Virus record (IMG/VR): IMGVR_UViG_3300026125_000008
Span: 1-37,664 of that record
DNA length: 37,664 nucleotides
Reading direction: 5' to 3' (one strand)
From: a virus
Lineage: Duplodnaviria > Caudoviricetes
In this document: positions 18,071 to 28,913 of the stretch, piece after piece
How positions within the stretch are numbered: the first letter of the stretch is position 1
Layout of the letters: every line of letters starts with the position of its first letter
Position numbers and translations under genes: made by a program
Notes under the pieces: generated by a model
Database searches by the model: none
What the model was told of the DNA's origin: nothing
The model's input: only the letters and a program-made list of their open reading frames with translations

Positions 18071-18517
18071 ATGAGTATATTAAGTGAAATATTCTCTTCA
18101 AGTGTAGGAGAAGTAGTAAAACAAGTAGGTGATGTTGCTGATGAACTTTTTACAAGTGATGAAGAAAAATTAGTATTAAAACAAAAATTAAGAGAAATAG
18201 AACTAAATGCAAAACTTCAATTAAAAGAAATTGAAATAAAAGAAGAACAAGAAAAAACAAAAAGATGGGAAAGTGATAATATAAATGGGTCTTGGTTATC
18301 TAAAAATGTAAGACCTGCTTCATTAGTATATTTAATGGCAATAATTACAGCAATGGCTTTTTCAGATGGAAATATAGGTCAATTTAAAATAGATCCTGCA
18401 TATGTAACACTATTTCAGACATTAGCAGTAACTGCATTTAGTGGTTATTTTGTAATGAGAACATTTGACAAGTTTAATAAAGAAAGGTATAATAATCAAA
18501 ATAATTCAAAGGAGTAA
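18071..18517 (+). CDS. Holin, 3TM-holin family
   Basis: FTSDEEK, RWESD, WLSKNVRP and YFVMRTFDK motifs with two hydrophobic helices; start moved to the ATG at 18071. Confidence 0.8.
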   Translation: MSILSEIFSSSVGEVVKQVGDVADELFTSDEEKLVLKQKLREIELNAKLQLKEIEIKEEQEKTKRWESDNINGSWLSKNVRPASLVYLMAIITAMAFSDGNIGQFKIDPAYVTLFQTLAVTAFSGYFVMRTFDKFNKERYNNQNNSKE

Positions 18518-18518
18518 T

Positions 18519-19139
18519 ATGATTATTATAAATAAAAAATATAATATGTTATTAGCAATAAAAGAAACAGATGTTAAAAAAGGTGGAAAAAAATGTTATC
18601 TTTTTAAATGTGATTGTGGAAATGAAAAAATTATTGTTGGACAAAATGTATTAAATGAAAAAACAAAATTTTGTGGTTGTTTTAGAAAAATTAAAAGTTG
18701 TAAAAACTCTAAAATAACCCATAATATGTCAAATCATAAACTTTATAAAGTTTTTAGTGGAATGATTAAGAGGTGTTATAATAAAAATAACAAAGATTAT
18801 AAAAATTATGGTGATAAAGGTGTTTTAATATATAATAAATGGTTGGAAGATAGAACTTTATTTTTTGAATGGGCTTTACAAAATGGTTGGAAAGAAGGAC
18901 TTACTATTGAAAGAATAGAAGTAAATGGAAATTATGAACCAAATAATTGTAAGTTTATTACAATGAAAGAACAAGCACAAAATAGAAGAAACTCAATACC
19001 TTTAAATAAAAAAAATGAAATATTAAGATTGTATAAAGAAGATAATACAATAAAAGATATTTCAAAACAAATGGATTTAAAGTATTCAAGTGTATATAAT
19101 ATTATTAAAAGAAATAGTGTGCCGCTAAATAAGGTATAA
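18519..19139 (+). CDS. Free-standing HNH-type homing endonuclease
   Basis: CDCG...CGC, MIKRC, YGDKG and LTIERIEVNGNYEPNNCKF motifs, C-terminal HTH; AAGGAG RBS before the ATG at 18519. Confidence 0.85.
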   Translation: MIIINKKYNMLLAIKETDVKKGGKKCYLFKCDCGNEKIIVGQNVLNEKTKFCGCFRKIKSCKNSKITHNMSNHKLYKVFSGMIKRCYNKNNKDYKNYGDKGVLIYNKWLEDRTLFFEWALQNGWKEGLTIERIEVNGNYEPNNCKFITMKEQAQNRRNSIPLNKKNEILRLYKEDNTIKDISKQMDLKYSSVYNIIKRNSVPLNKV

Positions 19140-19160
19140 TAAAAAGAAAAGGTAAAAATA

Positions 19161-19529
19161 ATGGCAAGATTTGAAATAACAACTGGAAAACCTTTTAATA
19201 CTACCTTTGTGGTTAAAGAGAATGGAACAACTACACCTGTTGAATTAGTAGGTGATGAAACAGGTGAGTTTGTTCTATCAACAATTAGTGAAGTTCCTCA
19301 AAAGGTTCTTACTAAATCTTTAACATTAGGTGAATTATTATTAGGAGAGTTTAAATTATCTTTAACTTCAACAGAAACAACTGGTTTAGATTATGAAGTT
19401 GGATTTAAAGAAGATGGTGCAAAGTTTAAAGCAACTTATAGGGCTAATTTAAGTTTTTATAATGGTGATAATACTTTATTGGCAGAAGCACAAATACCAC
19501 AGGTATATGTAATTTTTGAGGGTGAATAA
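19161..19529 (+). CDS. Virion structural protein (possibly N4 gp52-like)
   Basis: 122 aa beta-rich ORF in the tail module; homology is by recollection only. Confidence 0.55.
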   Translation: MARFEITTGKPFNTTFVVKENGTTTPVELVGDETGEFVLSTISEVPQKVLTKSLTLGELLLGEFKLSLTSTETTGLDYEVGFKEDGAKFKATYRANLSFYNGDNTLLAEAQIPQVYVIFEGE

Positions 19530-21049
19530 TGCCTATTGATTTTGAAGAAAATAAGAATAATGTAATAAATACAAAAAATAATGTAGAAGTTGAATTACCT
19601 TCTACAAATGAAACTAAAACTAAAAGTGATATAGTTGTAGAAGCAGCAGTTACTAAATGGACTATATTGGGTGATGATATATATATTGCAAATAAAGTAG
19701 ATGAATTACCTACTTGGTTTCAAGGGAAATTAGATAATTACTTAACTTATAATTCTTCATTATCAACAAATGTAAGTAATTTACAAACTGCATTTGATAA
19801 TTTAGAACAAGGATATACTCAACAAATAGGGTTATTTCAAGATGATTTAGATACTATTTCATTTAATATTCAAAATAATTATGTAACTAACTCTACTTAT
19901 TCAAGTGGAATACAAAACCTTGAAATATCAAAAGTGGGTGCAGAAGAGGCAAGCACAATAGCAAGAACAGTTATAGGTTCTTGGCAAATAGACCCTACTG
20001 GTGGTGGTGCTTGGTTTGATAGTAAAATACAGACTTTTAGTGATACTCAATCTTCACAAGCACAAAGTATTTCTTCTTTATCTGCTTCTTACAATGGTTT
20101 AAATGTAGCAATAGAAGATACTAATCAAGTGGTAGCAACAATTGAAGGTTGGTCTGCTAATGCTTCTAAATTGATAACAGGTCCAGATGGAGAAATAACA
20201 GGTTGGTCTTTTGCAGATGGTTCTAATATAAATAGTGAATTTACTATAAATGCAGACAATTTTAAAATAAGTAATTCTTCAAATACATATATACCATTTC
20301 AAATAAATAATAATAAGATTTCTTATGATGGTGTTGTAGATTTTACTAATACAAATATAGAAAATGGTTTTCCTGGAACAACTACTATAAATGGTGGTAT
20401 GATAGAAACAAATACAATAGATGCAAATAGAATAACAACTAATTATGCTTGGGTAAATGGTTCTATACAAAGTAGTGATTTTACAACAATAGGAGGTTCT
20501 GGATTTAGGTTAAAAGCAAATGCACTTGGAACAGAAACAGATCCTACTATATATGGAGCATATATTAAAGGGGCAACAATTGAAGCACCTAATATTATAT
20601 CTCAAAATCTTTTAAAGGTTCATGGTGTTAGATATACTGATTTATACCCTGGATATGGTTCTTTTAATATTGTTGGTTATAATTTTAATACTACTACCAC
20701 AAGAGAAGTAATTATAAATATAGATAGTCATTATTATGTAGAAATTACTCAAAATACATCTAGAAGATATACAGATACATTTAAGGCTCAATTGATTATA
20801 GATGGTGTAGTTCAATATGAAAGTCCAGCAGTAAGAATTGATGCAACTTATACAGGTGATTATGGTGCATATACATATGTAAATGAAAAGTTTATTAAGG
20901 TTTTACCTGAAACTCATACTTATATAACTACATTAAATGCAGGTAGTCATACAATTCTATGGAAAGCAGTACAAACAAGTGCAGTAGGAGACCAACTAAT
21001 ATTGAATTATAATTTTAGAAGTATAACTGTTACTGATTACCAAGAATAA
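19529..21049 (+). CDS. Tail tip/host-specificity protein with a DUF1983-like segment
   Basis: Coiled coil, then ITGW...SEFTINADNFKI and TTINGGMIETNTIDANRI, followed by a variable-looking C-terminal domain. Confidence 0.7.
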   Translation: MPIDFEENKNNVINTKNNVEVELPSTNETKTKSDIVVEAAVTKWTILGDDIYIANKVDELPTWFQGKLDNYLTYNSSLSTNVSNLQTAFDNLEQGYTQQIGLFQDDLDTISFNIQNNYVTNSTYSSGIQNLEISKVGAEEASTIARTVIGSWQIDPTGGGAWFDSKIQTFSDTQSSQAQSISSLSASYNGLNVAIEDTNQVVATIEGWSANASKLITGPDGEITGWSFADGSNINSEFTINADNFKISNSSNTYIPFQINNNKISYDGVVDFTNTNIENGFPGTTTINGGMIETNTIDANRITTNYAWVNGSIQSSDFTTIGGSGFRLKANALGTETDPTIYGAYIKGATIEAPNIISQNLLKVHGVRYTDLYPGYGSFNIVGYNFNTTTTREVIINIDSHYYVEITQNTSRRYTDTFKAQLIIDGVVQYESPAVRIDATYTGDYGAYTYVNEKFIKVLPETHTYITTLNAGSHTILWKAVQTSAVGDQLILNYNFRSITVTDYQE

Positions 21050-21079
21050 GATATAATTAAAAAAATTAAAGGAGTTTAA

Positions 21080-21838
21080 ATGGCAAGTTGTAGTAATAGT
21101 ATAGAAGCCTTTACAGGTCAAAATGCAGAATTAAATGTAAGTGATAAATATATTCAACTAATGGAAGATAGTTTAGGTGAAGGTTCTTTATATGAAAGAG
21201 TTAAAGATACTTACTTTGAATTATTTAAAGACTTAAATATTAGTGAAGAAGAAAAAATACAATTAGTAGCAAACAATATAGCAAACCTAGCAACAAATAT
21301 AACAGCACAAGCTATGAATACTGCTATTATGTGGGCAAAAGAAGAAAGAGATGGTGTATATCAATTAGCACAAATTAAGGCTCAAACTGAATTAACATTA
21401 GCACAAAAAGAATTAACTTCTGAAGAAATATGTAAAACAGTTGCAGAAGGTGAATTGGTAGCAGCGCAAAAAGCAGAAGTATTAGCAGCAACAATAAGAA
21501 CAGATGAATTAAATGCAGCACAAATTAAAAGTACAGAAGCAACTATTTATTCAACATTGGCTGAAAGTTATAGAAAAAGTGGAAAAGTTGTTATTTCTAC
21601 TGATACTGATAATGTGTTAAAAGGAACAAGTGGAGACCTTGCAGGTTATACTTATAAACAAGATAAATTTATTGATAGACAAATTATTTCATTTGAAGAT
21701 AGTAAAAGAAATCATGCAGCAAATAGTTCAGCACAACTAATAGGTCAATTATTAAGTGCAGAGATACCTATTGAAGAAACTGATACTGCATTCTTATTAT
21801 GGAAATCATCAATGGAATATTTAAACCAAGATAGTTAA
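21080..21838 (+). CDS. Virion structural protein (N4 gp54-like)
   Basis: Helical; ITAQAMNTAI and RQIISFEDSKR resemble N4-like structural proteins; AAGGAG RBS. Confidence 0.55.
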   Translation: MASCSNSIEAFTGQNAELNVSDKYIQLMEDSLGEGSLYERVKDTYFELFKDLNISEEEKIQLVANNIANLATNITAQAMNTAIMWAKEERDGVYQLAQIKAQTELTLAQKELTSEEICKTVAEGELVAAQKAEVLAATIRTDELNAAQIKSTEATIYSTLAESYRKSGKVVISTDTDNVLKGTSGDLAGYTYKQDKFIDRQIISFEDSKRNHAANSSAQLIGQLLSAEIPIEETDTAFLLWKSSMEYLNQDS

Positions 21839-21846
21839 GGTATTAA

Positions 21847-23436
21847 ATGAGTTTTATTTTAAGAGACTTCCTAACTCCTGCAAGAATGATGTATAATGTA
21901 AGAGTTGGGTTATATAGACAATTTGATAGAGCATTTTCTAAAACTACAATAGATGGTATAGAAGTGTATAATAATAAATTGACTTTATGGAATGGAAGTG
22001 TTACTACTAATCCAACTACAAAGAGGTTTCTTAATAAAGTAGGGTTTGAGTTTGCAAAATTAAAAACTCAAAATTATAGTGGTGTATCAAGTGTATTTAT
22101 GACTTTTGATAGTAAAAAATATTCTTATACTCCATTAGAAAAAGAAGAGATAAAAACAAAAATAGATAATCATTTTAATGTAGGTGATAAGTTTAAATTA
22201 AAAATAACATATGGTGCAGATTTTTTAAGATATTTTAAAGACCATAGTTCTATATTAAATGATATAAATTATTTAGTAAATAAATTAGATAGTGATTCAA
22301 AAAAGTATTATGCTGCTATGACTATTTTAACAGAAGAGACTGAAAATTATGATATGGAAGAAGTATATCAAGTTCAGAGATTACCTTCAAGAGTTCCAGT
22401 TATTTCTGTTATACCTGAAAATGAAGATTTTGAGACATTAGCATTATTAGATGATGGAACTTTTTTTAAAAGAAATAAAATTTCTTCTGTATTGTATAAA
22501 ACTCATCAGACTGCATTTGAAGGTAAATTAGTAGATGAAATATCTTGTATTTATGAATATGAAGTTATAGCAGTTCCAGAAAATACAAATAATCAACTAA
22601 TAAATTATATACATGATATTTCTGAAAATATGAGGATTGCTTCTATAAATATGAATATAAATAATAGAAGTGCAAAAACTAATAATTCATATTATTATAC
22701 ATATACCAATAATTCTTTAATAAAACAAGAAATATTATCTTGGCAAGATTATGATACTTCTATATTTTATAATAATTATTTAAAAGTAGATGCAGTAAAG
22801 GCAATGAGTAAGAAAGAATTTGTAAATGTATTAAGTAAAACTCTTAAAATAGACTACACTAAAAAGAAGGTTCCTTGGTGGAAAAAACTATTAGGAATTA
22901 TTATTATTATTGCATCTGTATGGTTTGGATTTACAACATTTGGAATTAGTGGTTTAGGTGGTGCAGGTGGTTGGGCTATGGCTGGTCAATTAGCAACAAC
23001 TTTAATGGTTTTAAATTTATCATTAGGTTTTGGTTTAATGATTTCTGTTACTGTTTTAGGAAAAGAAAGTATGGGGTCATTAGCAAGAATGATTGGTGGA
23101 GTTATGCAAATAACTGGTTTATTATCAAGTATTTTAGGTGTATATTCATTTATGAGTAATGCAATGAATACTGCTGTAAAAATGGGGTTTAGACAAGTTA
23201 TGCAAGGTGTTAGTGCCTTTAATGGTTTATTTAACTTTTTTAATAATGGTTCTAATGAGCAAATCAATGCAAATGATACAGAGACCCAAAATAAAGATAT
23301 AATAACAGCAAGTGATATAGAAAGTTATAGACAAGTTTTAATGGAACCAGATGCATTACAAAAAACAGACTTAATAGTTCAGAACAATTTGGGTGGAACA
23401 AAGACTGAAATAGTCAAAATGAACCAAGCCGTTTAA
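21847..23436 (+). CDS. Virion protein with C-terminal TM helices (N4 gp53-like)
   Basis: KKVPWWKK followed by several hydrophobic Gly-rich helices. Confidence 0.55.
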   Translation: MSFILRDFLTPARMMYNVRVGLYRQFDRAFSKTTIDGIEVYNNKLTLWNGSVTTNPTTKRFLNKVGFEFAKLKTQNYSGVSSVFMTFDSKKYSYTPLEKEEIKTKIDNHFNVGDKFKLKITYGADFLRYFKDHSSILNDINYLVNKLDSDSKKYYAAMTILTEETENYDMEEVYQVQRLPSRVPVISVIPENEDFETLALLDDGTFFKRNKISSVLYKTHQTAFEGKLVDEISCIYEYEVIAVPENTNNQLINYIHDISENMRIASINMNINNRSAKTNNSYYYTYTNNSLIKQEILSWQDYDTSIFYNNYLKVDAVKAMSKKEFVNVLSKTLKIDYTKKKVPWWKKLLGIIIIIASVWFGFTTFGISGLGGAGGWAMAGQLATTLMVLNLSLGFGLMISVTVLGKESMGSLARMIGGVMQITGLLSSILGVYSFMSNAMNTAVKMGFRQVMQGVSAFNGLFNFFNNGSNEQINANDTETQNKDIITASDIESYRQVLMEPDALQKTDLIVQNNLGGTKTEIVKMNQAV

Positions 23437-23474
23437 TTTGGTATAATTATAAAAATAGAGCAAAAGGATATATT

Positions 23475-25373
23475 TTGGATAAAGAAGAAGCATTAAAAGT
23501 AATATTAAGTGATATAAAACAAGCAAAAAATGCTAAAAAAGATATTGATAGTAAAATAGAAACTTGGTTAGGAGAATATGAAGGATTACCTTATGGTGAA
23601 AAGCAAAAAGGTAGAAGTAATATTGTTGTAAAAGATATTAAAAAGGCTGTTGAATGGTTTATTCCTAATGCTATTGCTCCTTTTGTAGAAAGAAATAGAA
23701 TTGTAAAACTTGAAGGTGTTACTTTTGAAGATGTTGCTCCTTCACAAGTTCATGAAAGACTTCTTAATTATCAATTTGTAAGAAAATTTAATAGATATGA
23801 TTTTATTCATGATATGTTTAAAATTGGTGCAACAGAGGGAACTACTGTAATTAGAACTGGTTGGGAATTAGAAGAAGAAGAAAGAGTAGAAGTATTTAAA
23901 GAAGTAGATGAAAATGTTATAAATATGTTAAGACAACAAGGTTTTGAATTAAAAATTGATGAACTTGATAATGGTTTATTCAATGTTAGAGCAAAAAATA
24001 TTATTACAAAAGAAAATTATCCTACTGCTGAAATTGTAAGAAATGGAAACTTTTTTCCAGACCCTTCTGCTGATTGTGCTGATGAATTAGGATTTGCAGC
24101 ATATAGATATGAAACTACTTTAAGTGAATTAAAAGAAACAGGTAAATATAAAGATGAAGATTTAGAAGAATTAGCATTATCTTTACAAGAAAATGAAGAT
24201 AGTTCATTAGAACAAACAAGAAATACAGACCTTTCTTATTATGGTAGAAGTTTAAATTATGAAAGTGAAGCAAAAGCAAATAAAAAGGTTACAGTTTATG
24301 AATATTGGGGTCATTTAGATATGAATGATGATGGTATTAGTGAAAGTATTATGGCAACTATTGTTAATGATAAATTACTTGATATTGGAGAAAACCCATA
24401 CCCTGATAAGAAAATACCATTTATTATTATTCCATTCTCTAAAATTCCATTCTCTTTATGGGGTTATCCTATTGCTGAATTGATTTCAGATAATCAAAAA
24501 GTAAGAAGTTCTTTAATGAGAGGTTTTATTGATAATGTAGCACAATCAAATAATGGTAAAAAGTTTATTAAAAAAGGTTCTCTTGACCCAGTAAATAAAA
24601 AGAAATATGAAAATAATTTAGGTGGTTTAATTGAGTTTAATATCAACCCTGAAATGATAGATGGAAACTTTAATCAATTACCTCCTTCAATCTTTAATTT
24701 ATATGAATTAGTTCAACAAGAAGCAGAAAGTTTATCTGGTATAAATAGAATGACACAAGGAATTGATAGTTCTGCATTAAATGATAGTGCAACAGGTGCT
24801 GCTATTCAAAGAGATATGGGTCAAAAAAGAATGATTGATATTATAAGAAGATATACAGAAGGATTAAAAAAATTATTCAGACATTGGATATCATATAATA
24901 AAGAGTTTTTAACTGATAAAGAAGTAATGAGAATAAGTGGTGAGTTTATTCAATTTAAAAGAGATGATATTTCTGGTGAGTTTGATATTGACTTAACAGT
25001 TGGTGTAAGTGGTGTAGCAGAGGCAAAAGTAAATCAAATGACTATGCTAATGCAACAAGTAGGTGGTCTTGCAGGTGTTGCTACTATTCCTCCTAATTTC
25101 TTTAATATGATGTTAAGTAAAATTGCAGATGAATGGGGATATGCTGATATTGCTAAATTACTTGAAGATAGCAAACAAGAAGATCCAAGTGAAGCAGAAA
25201 TTGCAGCACAACAAATGCAACAAGCACAAGTGCAAGCAGATATTGCAGAGAAGAATAGTAAGGCTGAATTAAACAAAGCCAAAACTTTTGATACAATGTC
25301 CCAAGCAAATAGTAAAAATGTAGATAATAAAATGAAGGCTTATGGAATAGTAAATCCAAAACCTCAACAATAA
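23475..25373 (+). CDS. Portal protein (N4 gp59-like)
   Basis: 632 aa; GRSNIV, LLNYQF, VYEYWG, ENPYPDKKIPF and GEFDIDL motifs; TTG start after AAGGA. Confidence 0.88.
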   Translation: MDKEEALKVILSDIKQAKNAKKDIDSKIETWLGEYEGLPYGEKQKGRSNIVVKDIKKAVEWFIPNAIAPFVERNRIVKLEGVTFEDVAPSQVHERLLNYQFVRKFNRYDFIHDMFKIGATEGTTVIRTGWELEEEERVEVFKEVDENVINMLRQQGFELKIDELDNGLFNVRAKNIITKENYPTAEIVRNGNFFPDPSADCADELGFAAYRYETTLSELKETGKYKDEDLEELALSLQENEDSSLEQTRNTDLSYYGRSLNYESEAKANKKVTVYEYWGHLDMNDDGISESIMATIVNDKLLDIGENPYPDKKIPFIIIPFSKIPFSLWGYPIAELISDNQKVRSSLMRGFIDNVAQSNNGKKFIKKGSLDPVNKKKYENNLGGLIEFNINPEMIDGNFNQLPPSIFNLYELVQQEAESLSGINRMTQGIDSSALNDSATGAAIQRDMGQKRMIDIIRRYTEGLKKLFRHWISYNKEFLTDKEVMRISGEFIQFKRDDISGEFDIDLTVGVSGVAEAKVNQMTMLMQQVGGLAGVATIPPNFFNMMLSKIADEWGYADIAKLLEDSKQEDPSEAEIAAQQMQQAQVQADIAEKNSKAELNKAKTFDTMSQANSKNVDNKMKAYGIVNPKPQQ

Positions 25374-25431
25374 CCCCTGGCTTCCTTCTGGTGTAAGTCC
25401 AAATTAAACATAAAAAGAAAGGTAACAACTT

Positions 25432-25713
25432 ATGAGTAATGAGATTACAGATAATATGTATCAAGAAGACATTGAATTAGGTGAAAGTCTTGCAAGACTT
25501 CAAAAAAATAAAGATTATAAAAGAATAATCAAGGATTTATTTTTAGATGGTGGTTCTATTAACCTTACTAAAAATATGGTTGTAGTAAGAGATAAAGAAG
25601 AAATTGTAGAACAAATTAAAGCAAGAAGTTATTTATATAGATTTCTTATGGATATTGAAAATCAAGCAATTGCCTCTATTGAAGCACTTAAAGACCAAGA
25701 AGTAGGAGAATAA
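25432..25713 (+). CDS. Small head-module protein
   Basis: LARLQKNKDYKRII; located between portal and scaffold. Confidence 0.7.
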   Translation: MSNEITDNMYQEDIELGESLARLQKNKDYKRIIKDLFLDGGSINLTKNMVVVRDKEEIVEQIKARSYLYRFLMDIENQAIASIEALKDQEVGE

Positions 25714-25714
25714 A

Positions 25715-26761
25715 ATGTCAGAAAAAACATTTGATGAATTATATAATGAAGGTTTTGAAGAAGGTAATTTAGAGTTAATTGAAACAGAACCTATAAAAGA
25801 AGAACCACAAGAAGTAGTTTTAACAGAAGAAGAATTAGGTCTATTAGAGGATATTTCAAAAAAGGAAGAACCACAAGAAGAGACACCTGAAAATGTTGAA
25901 GAAGAGACACCAGAAAATGTTGAAGAAGAGACACCAGAAGAAGGTGATACAAAAGACTTAGAACAACCCAATACTGAAAATCAAGGTGACGATCTTGATA
26001 ATGAAGAAGAGGACTCTAGTGAAGGTAGAACCATAAAATGGAAAGGTCAAGAAATTTTTATTAAGAATGATGAAATTGATACATTCTTACAAAAGGGATT
26101 TGACTATACAAAAAAAACACAAGATTTAGCCAAATATAGACCATTTATTGAAATGATAAATGAGAAAGGTCTTACATATGAGGACTTAGTAACTTATTTT
26201 GATGCTAAAAATGGTAATACAGAAGCAATTGCTGAAATTATGAAACAAGCACAAGTAGAGGCACTTGACATAGATGAAAATTCTACATATACACCAAAAG
26301 TAGAACAAAAGAACTATGAATTAAATGATATTATTGAAGATATTAAAGGTGATGAAACTTATGGTTTAAAAGTTGATAGTTATATTGCTGCTATACCAGA
26401 CAATGCTAAACAAGTATTCATTGAAAACCCAAATATTTTAAAAGGTTTTTATGAAGATGTTAAAGCAGGAGTTGCAGATAAGGTAATGCCAGAAGTTATT
26501 AAATCAATGGCAATTAACCCTAATGCAGACTTTTTGGATACTTATCAAAGTATAGGAAGACAGGTGTTTCAAAACCAACCTCAAAAAGAAGAAGTAGAAG
26601 AAAAAGAAACTACTAAACCAGAGGCAAGTAGAGAAACTAAAAAAAGGGCTTCAATTTCTAAAAAAAATAATTCTAAAATAAATGACCATAAGGACATTTG
26701 GGAAGATGATGAATTATTTGATAAAATGATGAGAATGACAGACCCTATGTATAGAAAATAA
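25715..26761 (+). CDS. Capsid scaffolding protein
   Basis: Acidic N-terminus, QKGFDYTKKTQDLA motif; directly upstream of the major capsid gene. Confidence 0.8.
   Translation: MSEKTFDELYNEGFEEGNLELIETEPIKEEPQEVVLTEEELGLLEDISKKEEPQEETPENVEEETPENVEEETPEEGDTKDLEQPNTENQGDDLDNEEEDSSEGRTIKWKGQEIFIKNDEIDTFLQKGFDYTKKTQDLAKYRPFIEMINEKGLTYEDLVTYFDAKNGNTEAIAEIMKQAQVEALDIDENSTYTPKVEQKNYELNDIIEDIKGDETYGLKVDSYIAAIPDNAKQVFIENPNILKGFYEDVKAGVADKVMPEVIKSMAINPNADFLDTYQSIGRQVFQNQPQKEEVEEKETTKPEASRETKKRASISKKNNSKINDHKDIWEDDELFDKMMRMTDPMYRK
25877..25939 (+). repeat. 24 bp coding tandem repeat, about 2.6 copies (EETPENVE)
   Basis: GAAGAGACACCNGAAAATGTTGAA repeated in the scaffold gene. Confidence 0.85.
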
Positions 26762-26793
26762 AGTTAAAAATAATTAAATAAAAGGAAATTAAA

Positions 26794-27768
26794 ATGGCAA
26801 ATACAACTTTAACACAATTACCTGCAAATATTCAAGGTTTCTATGATAGAAGACTTTTAATGAGAGCAGAAGATAGATTAGTACATGATAGATTTGGTCA
26901 AATGAGACCATTACCTGCAAACAATGGAACAAGAGTTAATTTTAGAAGATATTCTAATCTTGCACCTGCAACAACTCCATTAACAGAGGGAGTAACACCT
27001 GCTGGTTCTCAATTAAGTGTAACTGATATCAATGCAACAGTTCAACAATATGGTGATTTTATTACTTTAACAGACCAAGTTTCTGTTCATGGTTTAGATA
27101 ATACAGTAGCAGAGGCAACTGATATTTGTGGATACCAAATGGGTGAAACAATGGATGAGATTTGGAGAGATGCAATTGTTCCTAACTTAGCAAATAAAGT
27201 TTATATTGCTGCTAATGAGGCTGCTACTGTTGCTGGTGATATTATTTCTGTTGCTGCTATTAAATCAGCAATTTTACAATTAAAAACTCAAAAAGCAATG
27301 AAATTCACTCCAATGGTAGGTGCTACTGATGGTGTTGGAACAAGTGCAGTTAGAAGTGCATTCTGGGGAATTATCCATCCAGATGTTGTTTTTGATTTAG
27401 AAGACCAAGCAGGGTTTATTTCTGCTGAAAACTATGCTTCAACTAAAACACTTGCAGAAGGTGAAGTTGGTGCAGTAAAAGATGTAAGATTTATTGAAAC
27501 TAATAAAGCATATATCAATGTAGATGGTGGAGACACTAATGTTGATACTTACCACACTGCAATTTTTGGTAAAGATGCATATGGTATTGTAAATGTAAGA
27601 GGTAAAGGAAATGCTGGAATTATTGTTAAACCATTAGGTTCTGCTGGTTCTGCTGATCCACTTGACCAAAGAAGTACAGTTGGTTGGAAATCAACTACAA
27701 CTGCTAAAATCTTAAATGATGCATTCGCAGTTTCAATTGTATCTGCTTCAAGCCAAGGTGATAACTAA
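26794..27768 (+). CDS. Major capsid protein, N4 gp56 family
   Basis: PLTEGVTP, QYGDF, GEVGAV..VRF and DPLDQRSTVGWK motifs. Confidence 0.92.
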   Translation: MANTTLTQLPANIQGFYDRRLLMRAEDRLVHDRFGQMRPLPANNGTRVNFRRYSNLAPATTPLTEGVTPAGSQLSVTDINATVQQYGDFITLTDQVSVHGLDNTVAEATDICGYQMGETMDEIWRDAIVPNLANKVYIAANEAATVAGDIISVAAIKSAILQLKTQKAMKFTPMVGATDGVGTSAVRSAFWGIIHPDVVFDLEDQAGFISAENYASTKTLAEGEVGAVKDVRFIETNKAYINVDGGDTNVDTYHTAIFGKDAYGIVNVRGKGNAGIIVKPLGSAGSADPLDQRSTVGWKSTTTAKILNDAFAVSIVSASSQGDN

Positions 27769-27794
27769 TATTATATTAGTGAATAATAACTCAA

Positions 27795-27825
27795 ATTATA
27801 GTATCCTCAAAAAGGATGCTATAAT
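27795..27825 (+). terminator. Hairpin after the major capsid gene
   Basis: ATTATAGTATCCT-CAAAA-AGGATGCTATAAT; the 3' arm also contains TGCTATAAT, an extended -10. Confidence 0.6.
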
Positions 27826-27859
27826 ACTTAAATAACAACTTAACTAAAAAGGAAATTAA

Positions 27860-28333
27860 ATGTCAGTTATAAACCAAGACACAAATAAAGAATTAGAAGA
27901 ATTAGAAGAATTAGAAGAATTAAAAGAGTATGCAACTGATTTAGGCATATCATTTAGAGAAAATATAGGACTTGCAAAACTACAAGAAAAAGTAGCAGAA
28001 AAAGAAGAAGAAATTGCAAAACTTAAAAGAGAAGAAAAAATTAAATTAGCAAAAGAAAGTGCTAAAAAAGTAAAAATTATTGTAGAACCAAGAGATAGAG
28101 ACGCAGGAGTTACAGACCAATTTTTTGGATTAAGTTCTATTTCAACTGGGGCAAGAGAAAATATTAGAATACAATTTGGTGAAGAAGTTGAAGTAAGTGA
28201 AAGAATGTATGAACACATTAAATCTATTACTTATTCAGAAAAGAAATTTAAAATTGTAAATGGTGAAGATGGTATGCCTAAAAAAGAATGGTACAATAAA
28301 ACACAAACAAGATTTATAGTATCAAAAGTTTAA
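27860..28333 (+). CDS. Head-module protein (N4 gp55-like)
   Basis: Follows the major capsid gene; LKEYATDLGISFRENIG N-terminal domain; 9 bp AAGAATTAG tandem repeat near the start. Confidence 0.6.
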   Translation: MSVINQDTNKELEELEELEELKEYATDLGISFRENIGLAKLQEKVAEKEEEIAKLKREEKIKLAKESAKKVKIIVEPRDRDAGVTDQFFGLSSISTGARENIRIQFGEEVEVSERMYEHIKSITYSEKKFKIVNGEDGMPKKEWYNKTQTRFIVSKV

Positions 28334-28335
28334 TC

Positions 28336-28363
28336 AAGGTAAGAGTATTTAATACTCTGCCTT
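28336..28363 (+). terminator. Intergenic hairpin
   Basis: AAGGTAAGAGTATT-T-AATACTCTGCCTT imperfect inverted repeat. Confidence 0.45.
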
Positions 28364-28384
28364 AAAAATAATAGGAGTATTAAA

Positions 28385-28903
28385 ATGAATGAAGGTTTTT
28401 TAGGTTTATTAGGAAATAGTGGTGCAGGTATGTCTATGGCACCTACTGCTGATTTTTCAAGTGGTTTGTTAGATTTAGGAGGAATTACTTCTGGTTTAAC
28501 ATCAGGTTTTGATTTAGGTGGGGGACTACTTAATAGTGGTTTTATGAATAATATGGCAACACCTCAAATGAGTTTTGGAGCACCAGATTTAGGTCAATTA
28601 GGAACTACTAATTTTGGTAATAATATCACTAATCAAGGTGGTGGTCTTATGGATAGTTTATTTGGTAAAAGTGGTTTATTAAGTCAAGAAAATATGGCTA
28701 ATATTAAGCCTTTAATGTCTATGGGTTCTGGTTTATATAAAACTTTACTTGCTAAAAATATGATAAATGAACAAATTAAAAACTCTAAACAAGCAAGAGA
28801 AATAGCAGCAGATGAACAAGCAAGACAAAAAGATTTTATAAATACAACAAGAAAAACTTTTGGTAATAGTTCTGGGGCAACTTCAAACTATTATTCAGCA
28901 TAA
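28385..28903 (+). CDS. Probable internal virion/ejection protein
   Basis: Gly/Met/Ser-rich low-complexity N-terminus plus a coiled coil; AGGAG RBS. Confidence 0.6.
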   Translation: MNEGFLGLLGNSGAGMSMAPTADFSSGLLDLGGITSGLTSGFDLGGGLLNSGFMNNMATPQMSFGAPDLGQLGTTNFGNNITNQGGGLMDSLFGKSGLLSQENMANIKPLMSMGSGLYKTLLAKNMINEQIKNSKQAREIAADEQARQKDFINTTRKTFGNSSGATSNYYSA

Positions 28904-28913
28904 GGGGTAAATT

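Noticed and set aside
18519-19139. HNH gene as part of a group I intron
   Set aside because: Both flanking genes look complete, and the 1 nt and 21 nt gaps leave no room for a ribozyme core.
25374-25431. Relatively GC-rich spacer after the portal gene
   Set aside because: No convincing hairpin, repeat or known motif could be assigned.
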